Assembly: GCF_040938485.1 (NCBI RefSeq)
Contig: NW_027272106.1
Location: 496,001-560,000 of the forward strand
DNA from: Diadema antillarum
Lineage: Eukaryota
DNA: 64,000 nt
Direction of reading: 5' to 3'
Shown piece by piece: positions 35,938 through 49,354 of the stretch. The number at the start of each line of letters is the position of its first letter. Position 1 is the first letter of the stretch. Below the pieces are notes generated by a model that worked only from the letters and a program-made list of their open reading frames with translations, was not told the DNA's origin and made no database searches. Both the position numbers and the translations under genes were made by a program.

Positions 35938-37651
35938 TGCAAGAAAGGGCAGCATAGTGACAATTTAATTTTTATCGTTCCTACAATAAAATGGGTACCC
36001 TGACAGTATGTCACAGAAATTGCAGCTAAGAGACTGCAAAGAAACTAATTTGGGACCTTGCTCTTTGTTCAGGAAGCCAACAGTTTTATGTGTTTACTAT
36101 GTCCTGTTTGAATTTTGAAGTTCAAGAATACTTTCATAACAGAAACTCTCCAGTTTTTAATATGCAGAGATGATGTTGCAGGATTTTGATCTTTTGTGTC
36201 TGACAAAGTAAATTATAGAAAGTTGAGAGTGGCTGGCAAACTTTAGAGCAATACTAAAATCAGAAAATCAGTATGTGCAGATGCTTTCTAAAGATTTTGT
36301 GGTAATGTGTTATGTAGTGGTCCTTCTTTTCCAGAGTTATATGATTGGTTTATGCAGGTGTTTTTGCTGCAACCTCATCTCTTACAAGCTTGGCTTTCCC
36401 CAAATCTGTTCTGATGTGCTGTGTATGATTCTGAGATCATATTTATTGTGCTAATGTCACTGGCAGCTTGTCAATCAAAATCAGTCGAATGGTCCTATAA
36501 TAACCACTTTTTATATTATCACTTTTTGTTTGTATGGACAGCTTCATGGTACGCATGTGTATGTATATTCTAGTATTATAGTGTTTACCATTACTTATTT
36601 TATCTGCTACAGTGTATTTCATGAAATCAGCCAGATTATAATCACTGACTTTATGAAACTATTTCATGATTGGATGATTAGTTTTATGATGAGTGTCCTG
36701 CAACTTATAAGTTATCAGGGTGATGATTGTGATAATGATAATTGTTCTATGCAGCACTTTCAGTTCTCTTTTTTGAATCATAAACATTCTGTTTTCCAAT
36801 GTGTGTCTTCTATAACTCAAATGTTAGGTATCATTAATAGAAGTAGAATAAGTCTCTTTTTTTTTGCTGGAAGTGGTTCAGATTGCTTGGCCTATCATGT
36901 GGGAGAAACCTAAGGTGTGTGACAATTACATAACTGGTGTCAGTTGCTTCGACATAATTATATAGCAGAGAAAAATTTCATTGTACACACTATAAAAGGA
37001 GCTAACCACCAACACAACAGTGGAGATCGGTTTAAAATCTCTTCTGTGCTATTGTCCAGAATCTGCGGCTTCAGTTTTTCAAATTGTGTCAAAATTATGC
37101 ATCATTCATGCTCCTGCAACAAGCATGAGTGATGATGAGTGGATCCCTGAATACATGGCTGCATTTATGCCCCCCCCCCCCTGCAAAGAATAATTTCCTC
37201 CATGCACATTTTTTTTTTTTTGACAGGCAGTCAGGAATATGAGAATCAAGGGAAATTGATGTGAATTGAATGAAAGTTAAATTATATTCTCCTGACCCTG
37301 AATCAATTTGTTCATTTGTCCGCCCTTTATTGTAGCCGAGACACCAGACAGATAAGCACAGGGCCATTGCAGCTAAGAGTGCATTTAACAGGATGTTTTC
37401 TAATGGCTGCTGTGTTTATGGAATGTGCTGATATAATCCAATCAAAAACCGACAAGAGAATATGTGAATTTTGTGAGGATCTGAAAGGGGCAGATTAATG
37501 TGATTATCTTCAGTGCAAGTCTGTATGGCAAGTTCACTTTCCCCGTAAAGACCTTGTTTTTTTATCATTTCAAAAGACAGGTAGTGCATATACTTTTCAA
37601 GGATTTGATTTCATTTCCATTTCTCTATCAAGACATTCATGGATGTGTGAT

Positions 37652-37744
37652 TTAACCCGTTGAGGACGAGTCCAGAGTATACTCGGGCAGGGGTCTATGG
37701 GAAATGCGTGTTGCAGCAAAATCAGTCTGTCCTCAATGGGTTAA
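37652..37744 (+). mobile_element. TTAA MITE family A, near-consensus copy
   Basis: TTAA-cccgttgaggac ... gtcctcaatggg-TTAA; internal palindrome gagtatactc. Confidence 0.9.
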
Positions 37745-38155
37745 TATGTTAACACCTGATGACTACTAACTGCATCATTTTTCCTGTGATGCATGCTATC
37801 AAATATCAGAAACTGTTTCAAATGCAACCACCAGCCTGAATGCCAGCTTCAGTATTAATATTATACATTTAGATCAACCCTGCAAAGAGTGTTTATAGCA
37901 TCATTTTATGCACAATGTATGTTAAACAGGTGATTTGTTTTGTTTGTTTGTTTGGTTTGATTTGTTTATAGATGCATTCAATCAAATAGAAATTGAATAC
38001 AAGTTTCAAAAGCACAAAAACAAAGAATAACAGTGTGGTGATGTAAAATGATAATATAACATTATTAAAACAGGTGATATTACCTGTAGAGACCATGATG
38101 TTTATTATTTATGTTGTTGTTTTTTCCCCTCTTTTCCATCTTATTTTACCTGTAG

Positions 38156-38211
38156 TCAAGTCTTGATGAGGCCACCGACCCATGGGGTATCAAAGTGGAA
38201 CGTGTTGAGAT
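38156..38211 (+). CDS. STOM: Stomatin exon (SSLDEATDPWGIKVERVE-I)
   Basis: ttttacctgtag|38156 and 38211|gtaagt. 56 bp, ends in phase 2 (at|t = Ile). Confidence 0.96.
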
Positions 38212-40677
38212 GTAAGTAGCATTCACCAGAGATTTTAACATACAGCATCAAACTATGGAAAGTAGTCATCACTTCGCAGATATCTCACTTCAATGTCCTT
38301 TTATGTATATCATTATGCTTCTATAATATCACACATTCAAGATATACAGAGTTATAACTCTCAGTATACAATGTTACGTATGACTATTTATGGAATTCAT
38401 TGCTGTGGAACAAGAGATTCAACAGATTGATATTACCTGAAGTCAGTAAAGGGAGAGGAGGAAAAGTGCTTTCATTTTCTGGAGCATTACCCACATATGC
38501 ATACATTTCACCACGTGACACAGGTTTCTCTAGAGTTTACTTAAAACATGTTCTTGAATGATATTATTTGCACTTCATAAATTCTTGTTTTTGTATTTAT
38601 ATTTTATTTCTGTTCTCATGTGAACAAGTCCCACTGAGACATGCAAGAGTACTCACATCATTAAAGTGGCCCCCTGTATGAATAAGACCAAATAACGATG
38701 ATAATAATAATGATAGTTCCCATAGGTTGTCCTTGCTTGATCATTGGCCCTAGCTAAGGCACTTTGTATGCAGATGGGTGAACCAGCCCTGTGTCATTCT
38801 GCCCCATCAGATGTGTGGTGTGGTGGGGAGATGTATTCTGGGCTTCTGCGGAATCATTCACTGCCAAGCTGAACCAAGTTGAGCTGTCTTAATTGGCAGG
38901 CCCCCCACCACCACCCCCACCTATCCCCCCCCCCCCCCCAACACACATACACACACAAAATATCTTGTCAGGATTAATGGAATAATGGAAATGCAATTTA
39001 GCTCACCCAAAGTGCTTTCTAGCTATCCAGGCATCAACTGTCAACAAAGACTTCCATTAGTGTATATGGCATCTCCACTAGATCGTGAGTCCCATAAATT
39101 AGAAGTGGTCATAATTTCTCTTGCCATTAGCTCAGTGATAGGACAACCTACTTGTCAGAGATATTTCAGCCATTGTATCACCAATATCAGAAGTTTAGGT
39201 ATGAACAATTGGATTAAGTGAATTTGTGTGCAGCATTTGAGAATGCTAAAGGAGGCATTATAAACTTTTATGAATTTATCACAAGAGAAATACATCTTCT
39301 TCTCTTCCTGAGGTATACAAGGATATTTATGTTATGGTTTTGCTTTTGATACATCATTTTGGCTAAGGCAGGTAAAGCATCCTAAAATAACCTAAATAAA
39401 GGATTTGAAAGGAAAGACATTGTTGTCATGTGTTTGAACACACATGGTCATTAGCCCCTATAAAAGTTCCAGTATACCTAGTGACTAAGATGCTTGGTGA
39501 TATAGATATCTGATGATAGAATGCACAAATTACTTGAGATTCACATGCAAATGGTAATGGGTTACAAATTTATGCTTCGAAAGAGAACACAACACAATTG
39601 CTATATAGGTATGTTGAAATATAAGGCTTGTCCAAAAGAGGGCTTGAGAATAGTCGTATGTTGTTGCATGATGTAAATCCACTTTTATAGAGTTGAATAG
39701 TTTGATTGCAAAAGGAGCCAACTCCATTCTTGTTAATTTGAGATATTTGTGATTAAACCTGCTACAAAAAAAAAATGAGGAGATGCAAAATATGGAATAT
39801 TTTTTATCATATCTCCCAGAATATTCCTTGATAAGAAATAAGTGATGTATATCACTGGAAAGGTTCTAATTTGCTCTATCTGATGATGGACATACTTTGA
39901 AATGTTTCAAAATGGCACCTAACCTACAGTGTATTTCGCATTCAGACTCTTTCATTGTAAGATACATCAGAAATTTTGACATGATGTCATGTGGTCTTTC
40001 ACAGTTGCTATTTTGAGCAAACCTTTGCCGAAATGGAGGGATGCGGCACCAAGAAGCGGGAAGGCTGATAATTACAAATCCATTCCACATCAGCCTCTTT
40101 TTGGTGTGATGCTGTGTCAGTGGGTCAGTCGGTAGTAGAATGGGTAATACAGCCTTGCAACCAAACCACTCAAGCTCTGAAGAATGTGTCCCTAATTGTG
40201 ATTTTACCAGACAGTGATGACATTGCATTTATTGAAAAGTATAGGAAAGCTTTACCGTAGCTACCCACTCTCAACGGGCTATTTAATGTCTGATGCTCAA
40301 TCCTCTTTATGTATGTATCCATCATTGAATCCTGTCTACACTATGACATAGATTAGGCATACATGTATTATACTGCCTAAGAGTGAAATTTTTGTCTTTG
40401 CTGAGGAGCTATGGTGATACTACCAGTCCAGAGAAGCTTTATGTGCTAATACAGGGTGTTTACGCATGTAACATCCAAGCACATTAGGGAAATACTTGTA
40501 AACAAAATTGATTTCTGTTTTCTCAAAATGCACAACAAGAATAAAAGAATACAAAATTTCCCTCCTTGGGGAGGGAGACTACCTCCTTAACCCTCCCTCT
40601 GCTCAGTGTCAACACTTTTTTGCTTGCATGTTCCCCCTCTCCAAGGTTGAACATATTCTTGCGTACCCCCCCCCCCC

Positions 40678-40680
40678 CAC

Positions 40681-40725
<45 letters not shown>
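40678..40725. repeat. (CA)n microsatellite after a poly-C run
   Basis: Direct reading. Confidence 0.9.
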
Positions 40726-40726
<1 letters not shown>

Positions 40727-42069
40727 TTTCCTGTTTCTGACTATAATGTTCCTCCCAGATCCTAACTCCACTCGGTTGCTTCATTCCCTTATAAAGGTTC
40801 ATTATGAAATTTCCCATTTTGAAATCCTTGTTACAGCCTGATGACGAATCATTTCACTTGGTTCCTGCCCTTTTGTTAATTTGTATCCCCAATTTCTCTT
40901 TATCCGTGTAGCATGCATTTTTTTTCTGATCACTTTTCTTTCCTGTCCCACTTTACAGTAAGTTCTCTTTCACACAGATATACATGTCCACTAAAAGTCC
41001 ATCTTCAGACAAATAAGGACTGCCACATCGAAAATACTTCTGGTACTGGCCTGTATGTCTAGCCGTAGTGGTCACCTCTGGTATTTAATTCTCCGCTTTC
41101 AGGAATGGGATGTGTCATGTTTCAAGTCTCCAAGGAATAACTTTATCTAGGAAACGATGGGTTACTTTAGGAAGCCGTGGTAGACGGGTTTACCTGTACT
41201 TTCTGTTCGCACTGTGCTGGGCAAGAAACATGGAAACTGTAATAAACAGCAAGCCTGGAAATACCTCAAAGTCATCAGCATGGTAGGCCTATGGTTCATT
41301 CGATAAAGATGGTACTATTTGAATAGGAAGAAGGAACTTGCAGAAAAGAATTACACAGTTAAATCAATACCTGCAGGATTCGCAATGGCCTGGAAAAGGG
41401 GGAAAATAAATATGCGGAAATTGCAACAGACAAAATGGGGTCTGGCAGAAATGAGCATGCGCGGGATATGCGTACACAGCGCAAGAAATAGAGCAAGTGA
41501 TGTGGAGAAATTGGGCCTCGGTAACCTGCACAATTTATTGCATGAACAATGTTCTCTCAGGTACAATCCTCCTGTACTCGGTGCTACTCTGGATGTTGCC
41601 ATCATCCGTAGATTCTCACAGACAAAATACTGGCAACCTATACTGCCCCCAAACTGAATATTCTAGGGCACACTCATTAATTGTAACAAAATCCTCACCA
41701 CTGGCAGTTTTCTTCATTACATTGAAATATGTCATTATAGCCAAATGGTAAAGTGTATGAATTTAGATAATATATAGATAATGATAGTGGGATCTGAAGT
41801 TTTACCTTCTTGTTGTATCGATAATTCCCTTATGCTTGTGGTTATTATCACATTAGTGCACAGTAATGAAGTATAGCTAGCAGCTTCATTGTACACGTTG
41901 GGATGATATAAAAAAATCTACAATGTAGCAAGTAAAGAAGCAAACAGTAACAATACTTTTTGTTCTCCCATCAATTGAGAAAAGTCATCTTTTACAGAGC
42001 ATAAGAGAGGGGATGTTGGTGTTGGGGTCAGGTTTTGTTGGTTGGTTGCTCGTTTGTCTTTTCTCCGTT

Positions 42070-42101
<32 letters not shown>

Positions 42102-42102
42102 G
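42070..42102. repeat. (TTG)11 microsatellite
   Basis: Direct reading. Confidence 0.9.
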
Positions 42103-43469
42103 CACCATTGCACTTGAACTACTTGAAACTATATCATAACCTAGTCTTCTGAGAAATATTACTTGCAAAATCTCTTTTCGACAAGAAGGCAACTGTTTCT
42201 ACTTAGAGCTAAAATTCAAAATGGCAGCGAGGATATGGAGCTTGGGTTTTCTATTAATACTCATTGTTCTTGGGAGTAAGTAATTATTTACCCAGTCCTA
42301 TAGTCAAGGCAAAATATCTCGTATGTTATACTCAAGAATCAAAGAATTAAACAAAACCAGCATGAATGTAAAATGAAAATTACCAATGCTAAAACTCTGA
42401 TTTGCAAAATAAGAATGAATAAACATAATCTAATCTGAATCATTATGGTTGATTTTTTAATGTCATTGTCACTCACTGTCTTAACAGGGCCAGCTCATGT
42501 TGAACTGTTAAACAAACCTAACACTGGTAGCTTACCAGAGTTGAAGAAAGTTTTCCTTTAGTTACAAGACATATGCAGGATGCAGTGCAATATTCAAAAT
42601 TAGACAGTTGGCCTACTGCATGCCCTGGCACTGATCCGTGCAAAGTAAAATCCCCCTATGCCACCAGTGCGAACCATCAAAGTAATTTGTCTGCTGGTTC
42701 TAATAATCCCCCACAGCTGCCGACTAGATTCTATTGTGCCATGTAGATTGCAGTGCATGTCTGCTTCCTATCCATGGCTTGCTGTAAATTCAAAGCCTGC
42801 ATGCACTGTGGGTTGAACAATTTGACCATCAAAATTGAGTGGAATGCAGGGTCCATTGCTTTTCAATTGTAGCTGTGCCTTTTTTGTCTTTGTTTGTGCA
42901 TTAATAATGTTCTAAAGAAAAATCTATTACTTGGACATTGCAGACATGAATCACAGTTCTTCATATACGTGTATCTTAGCAATGAAAAGAGATAAATACC
43001 TAGAAATTTCTGCATTGGTTCCCATGGAAACTAATCTGAAAAATTGGGTAGAAATTTTAGGAAAACTTACAATTAAATATGAAAAATATTACAATCTGCA
43101 ATATTTTGGGGGAATTTATGATATTTTTCAAAACTAGATTTTCCATTTGGCATAAAGTGTGGACATAATATTTGAAATCTATGAAAATGGAAATTTGTTG
43201 GTGAAAATGTAAATTTGTCCTCTTTTAAATGGTGTTGATATGACAAACACTAGAAATATCATATTACTTGATAATTTTCCAAAAGAAGAAGTGAGTTGCC
43301 CCAAAACTAGAATGCTAAAAATACCGTCAGCAGTACCTGGGTGAATCTGATACACACATTGACTTTCACTAAATGACAGTTAGGTAAAGTTCAAACCTGT
43401 TTTTTGTACACTCTCTAAAGTCTTGCCAACAAACGTGTTCCGTATGTATGCTAGATTTATTGTGTTATT

Positions 43470-43680
43470 TACTGTAAAACATGATACATTCACGGCATGA
43501 AGTTTTCACGAATTGGAGCTGGCGGCCTTTTTTACGGCATGAAACTTTCGCGAATTGCTACAGGCATTCAATGCATATAGTGTAGACGAGAACTTTCGCA
43601 TGCAGTTTAATTTCACGAATCTTGGCGCTCGTGAAATTCACAAAATTAAAATGCACGCGATCATTCCTCGTTTTACAGTA
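43470..43680. mobile_element. Tc1/mariner-like MITE
   Basis: TA-ctgtaaaac ... gttttacag-TA; repeated ttcRcgaa motifs. Confidence 0.82.
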
Positions 43681-44620
43681 TCGCAGTGACTTACGTAGGT
43701 TTTAGTCCATCAAGTGTGAAGAAGGTTGCACAATCTTTTGTAGTAGATGCATGGATAATCCTAAATGGTAAATCAGTAAATGCTAATGCCCAGCCATTAG
43801 GCCTCAGGCACAATACGTGTAACTTGTGAGCTGAAAAAAGCAATAAAACTCACTGGTCATGTGTTTACTATCTGTAAACTCTTCATAAAAGCTTCAACAC
43901 ACCAGCTGGAGGTACTTTTATTAGTGTCTAATAAATCATTCTGACCATATTTTTTTAGAAAGTGTAAAATCTTCAGTATTGTAATATGCCCCATCATAAT
44001 TCTACTGCACACCTCAATTCTCATGGTTGCGCTTTCAGTGTTACTGCTACATGTATGGCTGGAGTGAAAACAAACTACTCGCTTGTGCAGGTCATGTGCA
44101 GAGCTGGAATGTGAAGCGGTGTGATGCACTACATGCATGCAAGCATGCAGTGTACAAATCTGCATGGTGAATACAGACGATATGGCATCGGCGTTCAAAA
44201 TCCTTGTTCTACCAATCGTTCCTTTAATTTATCAATAACATTTCTTGTTTCTCATCTAACAGTTTCATGGAATTTTAAAGCCAATTATGAAAAAAAGTAG
44301 ATAATTTTGTCAAAGAAATATGCCGATCATGGGCATGTTTTCATTCAAGCCAGCTGCTAAATACCTACATGTCCGACGATGAATATACCAGAAACACTTT
44401 GGGGACAGCTTGCTATGGTATCATCATTGATCATTTAGTGATGATAACACAGGAGATGTGGATTCACAATGACAAGAAAATTCTAGCTGCAGATCATTTT
44501 CTTGGTTGACTGATGATCATGGTTCGCGTGGTTTGATAATCATGACTATGCATCAGAGGAAATGTCAGCGAATGGCATTCTTTTCTCCTATGGCCATATC
44601 TTTCAATAGGGTCCTATATC

Positions 44621-44800
44621 NNNNNNNNNNNNNNNNNNNNNNNNNNNNNNNNNNNNNNNNNNNNNNNNNNNNNNNNNNNNNNNNNNNNNNNNNNNNNNNN
44701 NNNNNNNNNNNNNNNNNNNNNNNNNNNNNNNNNNNNNNNNNNNNNNNNNNNNNNNNNNNNNNNNNNNNNNNNNNNNNNNNNNNNNNNNNNNNNNNNNNNN
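44621..44800. other. Assembly gap (180 N)
   Basis: Run of N. Confidence 0.99.
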
Positions 44801-45371
44801 AATAATTAACAAAATTCTCTATGTGCTTGACATAACATAATATTATACAGTCATCAGTACTTGAACAGATAAGTTTTCAGTGTCTTCTTGAAAGAATCAA
44901 AAGACATAATTATTCTCGACTGACAGAAAGCTGTGTCTAGTTTTTAGGTTAACATGTATATGACTTCATGTGTGTTCTCCTTGTTGGAAGCACTGTCTGA
45001 ATGAGTGCCAGAGGGTATGGGGTGGATTGTTAAATGGATTTTCATTTTAGTGTATGAAGAGCAAAACACTACCCTTTGAATGTATTAGAAATTGATCATA
45101 CATGAGAATGTGCACAGGGTTCCTTACTCTTTATGTGCCATGCAGTGTAAACCTCCTATGTGCCACATTTATTCTGATACATCAATGCATGCATGTTTTG
45201 GGGAAACATTCTGTTTTTCAAACTCATGTTACATTTTATAGATTATTGTTATGCTGGACATGGAATTATCAAAGTTGTAAATAAAATTCCAAGCTTTGCT
45301 ATGATGTAAATTTCATGACAGATTTATGATTGTTTTTCTGTTAAATGACCAGTAGCTACTTTTTTGTTCAG

Positions 45372-45632
45372 GCGTGACTTTTGCCCACAAAGCAATCATA
45401 GAGACTTAAAATTTACTCAAAAATTTAAAAGGAAACATCGCTTAAAATTTGATCACCACACAGTGCAAGCTACATGTGAGAGAAATAAAATCGCAAATGA
45501 AGATTTCATTGTACTGTGGCATTTGGTGATTTATCGATTGGTTTGGGCGGGTCTGTGCATCTGAGCAAAATATACGAACTTGGCACACCGTCGACTGTGT
45601 TGGGTGTGCCATCGTGGCACGTAAAGAGTTAA
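45372..45632 (-). mobile_element. Family C piggyBac-type MITE, one end only
   Basis: Ends ggcacgtaaagagttaa; homologous to the reverse complement of the 14723 copy. Confidence 0.75.
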
Positions 45633-45650
45633 ACCATTATTGACAGGGAC

Positions 45651-45826
45651 CTGGGCTCCGTTTCATAAAAGATGTTAGGATAGCCAATCTTGCTAGAAGA
45701 TCAACTTTCAGTACAGCAGCAACAGTCAATCAGGAAGCTGGTGGATTCTTGTCATTACCATGACATTTGCCATTCCATTTGAGCAAGAGATGCTGTCATA
45801 GCAACTTTTCGTGAAGTGAGGCCTAG
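45651..45826. mobile_element. Family D palindromic MITE, opposite orientation to 8172-8334
   Basis: ctgggctccgtttcataaaag ... cttttcgtgaagtgaggcctag; internal caatcaggaagctgg. Confidence 0.75.
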
Positions 45827-45937
45827 GTGTTTCATGTACTGATGACCCTATAGAGAATGGAAACATCTTGACAACAAAAGGGTTAATTTCAAGGGTCAGT
45901 CCTATCATGTACCTGTCTGATGCTGATCAAAGTCTTT

Positions 45938-46180
45938 GGGGGTGCTGAGGCATAATGGATGAGACTCTTGACTCCCAATCGGAGGACCCGAGTTTGATTC
46001 CCGCCCAGTGCTGATGTCCTTGGACAAGATGTTTCTATCCACTACACTGTCTGTCTCCCTCAACCCAGTTATATAAATGAGTATCTGGCAACGCTGGGGT
46101 AGTAATAATGGCAGGGCCCTCTGGTAAAGCAATGGTCAACATTGAAGAGGCTACCCTGGATAACTACATTGTAAGCCATT

Positions 46181-46219
<39 letters not shown>

Positions 46220-46281
46220 ATTATTATTACTATTATTTTCATTATCATTAATATTATTATCATCATCATTATTATCATTAT
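45938..46281 (+). mobile_element. tRNA-derived SINE with CORE-like domain and (ATG)n/(ATT)n tail
   Basis: A-box-like gtgctgaggcataatgg, B-box-like gagtttgattccc, then tgtccttggacaag; simple-repeat tail at 46180-46281. Confidence 0.8.
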
Positions 46282-48190
46282 ATCTGACCTTTGGCCATTA
46301 CCCAGGTACTCAAGATTCTGGCAGTGTTCTTTTCTAGGTGCACTGTGACTGCACACTGTGTCTGTCATCAGTCACAATGATAATTCCATATCTAACTTAG
46401 ATAACACTGTGATGAGCCATTTTCATGTTCTCCTCCAAGTCTTTATGCTGTCCATTTTAAATTCTTAGAGATTTGTGCATTTGATGTGAGCAAAGCAAAG
46501 CATACACATGAACCAAAGAACATCAGTCCTTCTTGTGTCCGAGAATTAGCCCTTACCATGCTGTCTTCACCAACTGCTACATGTTGTAGATGTCTTGACC
46601 TGATTGTCAGTTAGCCAGCCTGCTGAAAAGTAGCAATGCATGCCAGTCCAATAGGAGGCCATGGTGACGCTATAAGGATAAAGGGAATTGTTAGTAGGCA
46701 ATTATCTTTCTTGACATCTGTGAAAATTGGTAAACAAATTGCAGTTTTGGTGAGAAAACTTTTGAGACAGAATACTGCAGCATGTAGACAGTGAATAAGA
46801 CAACGAGTAACTGTGCACATAATATATTGTGTGATGGACAAATTAGTAGTTTGCAGGATTGTGAATTTTTGCCCAAAAAAAAGAGAGAAAAAACAACACT
46901 TTGTTCACATGTGTATGTGCATAAGCATGTCTTGAATGACAATTTGAATGCTAGTAAAACTCACTGGTGTGTATGAATTTATTTCCCTACATGATTAGTT
47001 TACATCCTTTATAATTGAGGGTATGAGGTTAAGATTGTGTTTTAGGCCTTGCCCAGATGGTAAATGGTATAATAGAGCACGCAGAAGTGAACTACTACAT
47101 TGAAAAAAAAAAAGGGGGATCACGCTCTCAGTATGTCTAGTAGAAGAACTGATGCAGAAAGACGTAGATGTAAAGTGATGCTATCTGGTGTAGTCATAGC
47201 ATAATACCCTGAATTTACCAACAGAAACTGAACTGTGTATACTTGACATTTTCACATGAGCTATTTCCAGGGGGCTGGGGCTCAAATTCCAAGGTGGGCT
47301 GCATGTTGCTAATCATGGTTGCCCATGATACCTCCTGCATAACTTCTCTTCACACAACAGAAGTGAACTTGGCCATACAGGTGTTATTCCCATACTGGCG
47401 GTTTCTGTGGGCGCGGGGGCGAGTCAAAATATCAGAGGGCATTGGAAAGGGTGCCATTTTGTAAACATGTGTGCCATCTTTTGAAGACAAACAGCAACCC
47501 TGATTTTCCCTCTTTCCTATTCTTCTCCGTCATTTGGAGCTGAGCTGAGGATAACATTTGAGGATTGGTGGTTATAGGGTATGAAATGAGGATACAGTTT
47601 GAATGTTCTTGTTATGAGCATGAACTTTGGATTGTGTGTGTGAGAATTCTATAGTCTTGGTATGAACTGAGGGCAAAAAGTCAGCTTTCTTGGCGAGAGA
47701 ATTAGCTGAATGTTGAGTGTGAGTGAATGTGGTGTGAGTGTGGGTGAACCTTGTGTAAGTATGAGCTAAGGGCAAAGTATGAGCTTTTTTGGCTGGGAAT
47801 ATATATTTTAAGCACTTTTGGCAGGAATATAAGATAGAGATTAAGTGAAAAGCTTGAATGAAAATAAACTTTTTTTTCAGACTTTGTGACAGGAATTTGA
47901 GCAGAGGAGTAAATTTGAGCATTCCTGTTATAAGTGAGAGCTGAGTGAACATTCATGACTAGTGTGAACATTTATAGTGTGAGTAATATGAAGCTGGGGA
48001 TATAAATGTGAGGGTTTTTTTTTGTTGTTGCTGAGAATAAAGAATAAGTTCTTGAGAAGAACATAAGCTTGAGATTAATGTGAGCATTCCTGGTACAAGA
48101 TATGGGGCAATGGTACAAGATAAAGATTAACTTCAAGCTGTCGTGGTTAAAGTATTAGCTGATAATAAGGTCCAGTATTGTTGATAGGAG

Positions 48191-48407
48191 TACTGTATAC
48201 GCCAAATATTTCGGGAGTCTAAATTTTCGCGAATCGAGACTTCCCAACGATTTTGCGAGTGGTTAAATTCGCGATCGTAGAGTCCTGTACTGAACGGAGA
48301 AATGTGTACGCGTACGTCACATTCATATCAGGATCAGAGTTAATATATTCGCATGTTTTTAATTTCGCGAAAATAAAAACCTCGCGAAATATTCAGTGTA
48401 TACAGTA
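48191..48407. mobile_element. Tc1/mariner-like MITE
   Basis: TA-ctgtatac ... gtatacag-TA; multiple TTCGCGA motifs. Confidence 0.85.
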
Positions 48408-48660
48408 TGAGCCTATGTGTATAATAAACACGATGTATAAACATCCCTGTTTTAAGCTACAACATTGCATTTCTCTTATTTTGCCACTTTTCCAGAACAC
48501 AGAGTTTCACCATTCTTCCCTTCAATACACTTTGTTGAAGTACATAGACAAGTTTACATTATATCACCTTCTTTATTAACCTGTTTGATTTGATTTTTGA
48601 TTTGATCTGATTTATTGTTTATGCATTATCATTGTACATGCACATACACATACATGTATA

Positions 48661-48851
48661 CATTGTTGGTGCCACACGAGCTGATTTTGCTGTAACAAGG
48701 GTTTCCCATAGACACTTGCGGAAGTACTCTCTGAATAGGACTAGTCTTCAACAGATTAACCCGTCGAGGATGAGTCCTGAGTATACTAGGGCAAGTGTCT
48801 ATGGGAAATGCGTGTTGTAATAGCAAAATGAGCCCGTCCTTAAAGGGTTAA
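48661..48851. mobile_element. Head-to-head pair of family A MITEs sharing TTAA at 48756-48759
   Basis: Reverse copy ending gactagtcttcaacagaTTAA (outer end degenerate), directly followed by forward copy TTAAcccgtcgagg...aaagggttaa. Confidence 0.8.
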
Positions 48852-48931
48852 GTTAGGGACCAGTCTTTAATGGGTCAAGTTACTGGTCCTGATGGATTAA
48901 TGTGTGATGTTCTATCATATTCTGCCTGCAG

Positions 48932-49010
48932 TAAGGATGTGCGTCTGCCAGTCCAACTCCAGAGGGCGATGGCCGCTGAGGCAGAAGCTGCGAGGGAGGC
49001 AAGGGCAAAG
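48932..49010 (+). CDS. STOM: Stomatin exon (KDVRLPVQLQRAMAAEAEAAREARAK)
   Basis: tctgcctgcag|48932 and 49010|gtgaga. 79 bp; the first nt completes the Ile codon. Confidence 0.97.
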
Positions 49011-49354
49011 GTGAGACAACTTCTGCCAAGGTTGTGTAGTCTGTCAATTCAGACCCAACTTCTGTTCGAGGTGGCATACATATTTGCCATTTTCATCTTG
49101 TGATGTAACCTTTGACACTGTTCCCTTTCATTTGTAAATTTTCCTGTATTTATTGATATTCAATATCTCTGTTGTTTCCCTGTGTATCTTGAATTTTCGT
49201 CTCTCATATACCACCTTCATTTTTATCATTGCTCTGCACATGTATATGTTCAAATCTCTCTGTGGTCTCAGTTCTGTAATTGCATCTTTCAAATTGTTCT
49301 CCATCCCAATGGTATATACTTGATTCTCTTCTTCTTCTTCCGTTAACCCAACAG

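Larger units (their letters stand above)
35314..36016. repeat. 262-bp direct repeat pair (35314-35575 and 35755-36016) flanking a LINE 3' fragment
   Basis: Both copies are 262 bp, with 8 substitutions by manual alignment and no indels. Confidence 0.95.

Noticed and set aside
41319-41657. 112-aa ORF and its antisense hydrophobic ORF
   Set aside because: No recognisable family motif, a non-ATG start and no splice support.
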